Below are positions 62,192 through 64,000 of a DNA stretch of 64,000 bases, piece by piece (the stretch's first letter is position 1; every line of letters begins with the position of its first letter). The translations under genes were made by a program, and so were the position numbers. This stretch comes from Eledone cirrhosa. Lineage: Eukaryota. Where the stretch lies: assembly GCA_964016885.1 (NCBI GenBank), contig CAXHJY010000300.1, forward strand, positions 1-64,000. The letters are read 5' to 3'. The notes under the pieces are model-generated. The model saw nothing but the letters and a program-made list of their open reading frames with translations, was not told where the DNA came from and did not search any database.

Positions 62192-62531
62192 CTGTTTCTT
62201 TACATGAAGTTCTTCTCTTTATCTATCTTTCCATCTCTCTATTTTGTTCCATGCATTTCTTCTTTTTCTTCTTTTTCTTCGTTTTCTGTCTTTCTTTCCT
62301 TTTTCTCTCTTTCTTTCTCTCTGTGTACAATCTTTTCACTGCCAATTCAACTTTTTCAAATACAAGTCGATGTTGTTACGGTATGTCAAATCTATTTATC
62401 TATAAAACTGTTTATATTGTATTTTGTCTGAGGAAGGCATAGCATATTGTTAATATGATATCCCTGAAATATATATAATGAAATAAATATGGTTTTATAA
62501 ATATAGTTTCCATTTATTTAATATTGTAAAT

Positions 62532-64000
<1,469 letters not shown>

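Larger units (their letters stand above)
56309..62531. mobile_element. PLE family F: two 5'-truncated copies head-to-head, forming a ~2.77 kb inverted repeat
   Basis: 56392-59169 is the reverse complement of 59763-62531; unpaired 59170-59762 is RT N-terminal sequence on minus; hammerheads at 56438-56503(-) and 62420-62485(+); extra tail 56309-56391. Confidence 0.9.

Overview
AT-rich eukaryotic DNA with no host gene; the SINE and microsatellite content suggest an octopus or other mollusc (inference). The window is a nest of retroelements separated by 0.2-2.5 kb imperfect (TA)n/(TACA)n tracts, and these tracts generate nearly all of the I/Y/C/M/H-rich ORFs in the track. Real content: (1) at least six Penelope-like element (PLE) families, including one intact 813-aa RT + GIY-YIG ORF between long direct repeats and several outward-facing inverted pairs; (2) four 5'-truncated copies plus one tail of a CR1-like LINE; (3) two R4/Dong-like RT-CCHC-PD(D/E)xK LINE copies; (4) three copies of a ~0.6 kb non-coding, probably RTE-derived element; (5) a tRNA-derived SINE with a 14-bp TSD; (6) five tandem ~591-bp ORF-less units, each with a U3-A8 variant hammerhead ribozyme (retrozyme-like). 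By hand I count about 24 type I hammerhead motifs of about nine sequence types, several with unusually long stem II. Coordinates were read by eye and may be off by a few bases; clade names come from motif recognition, not searches.
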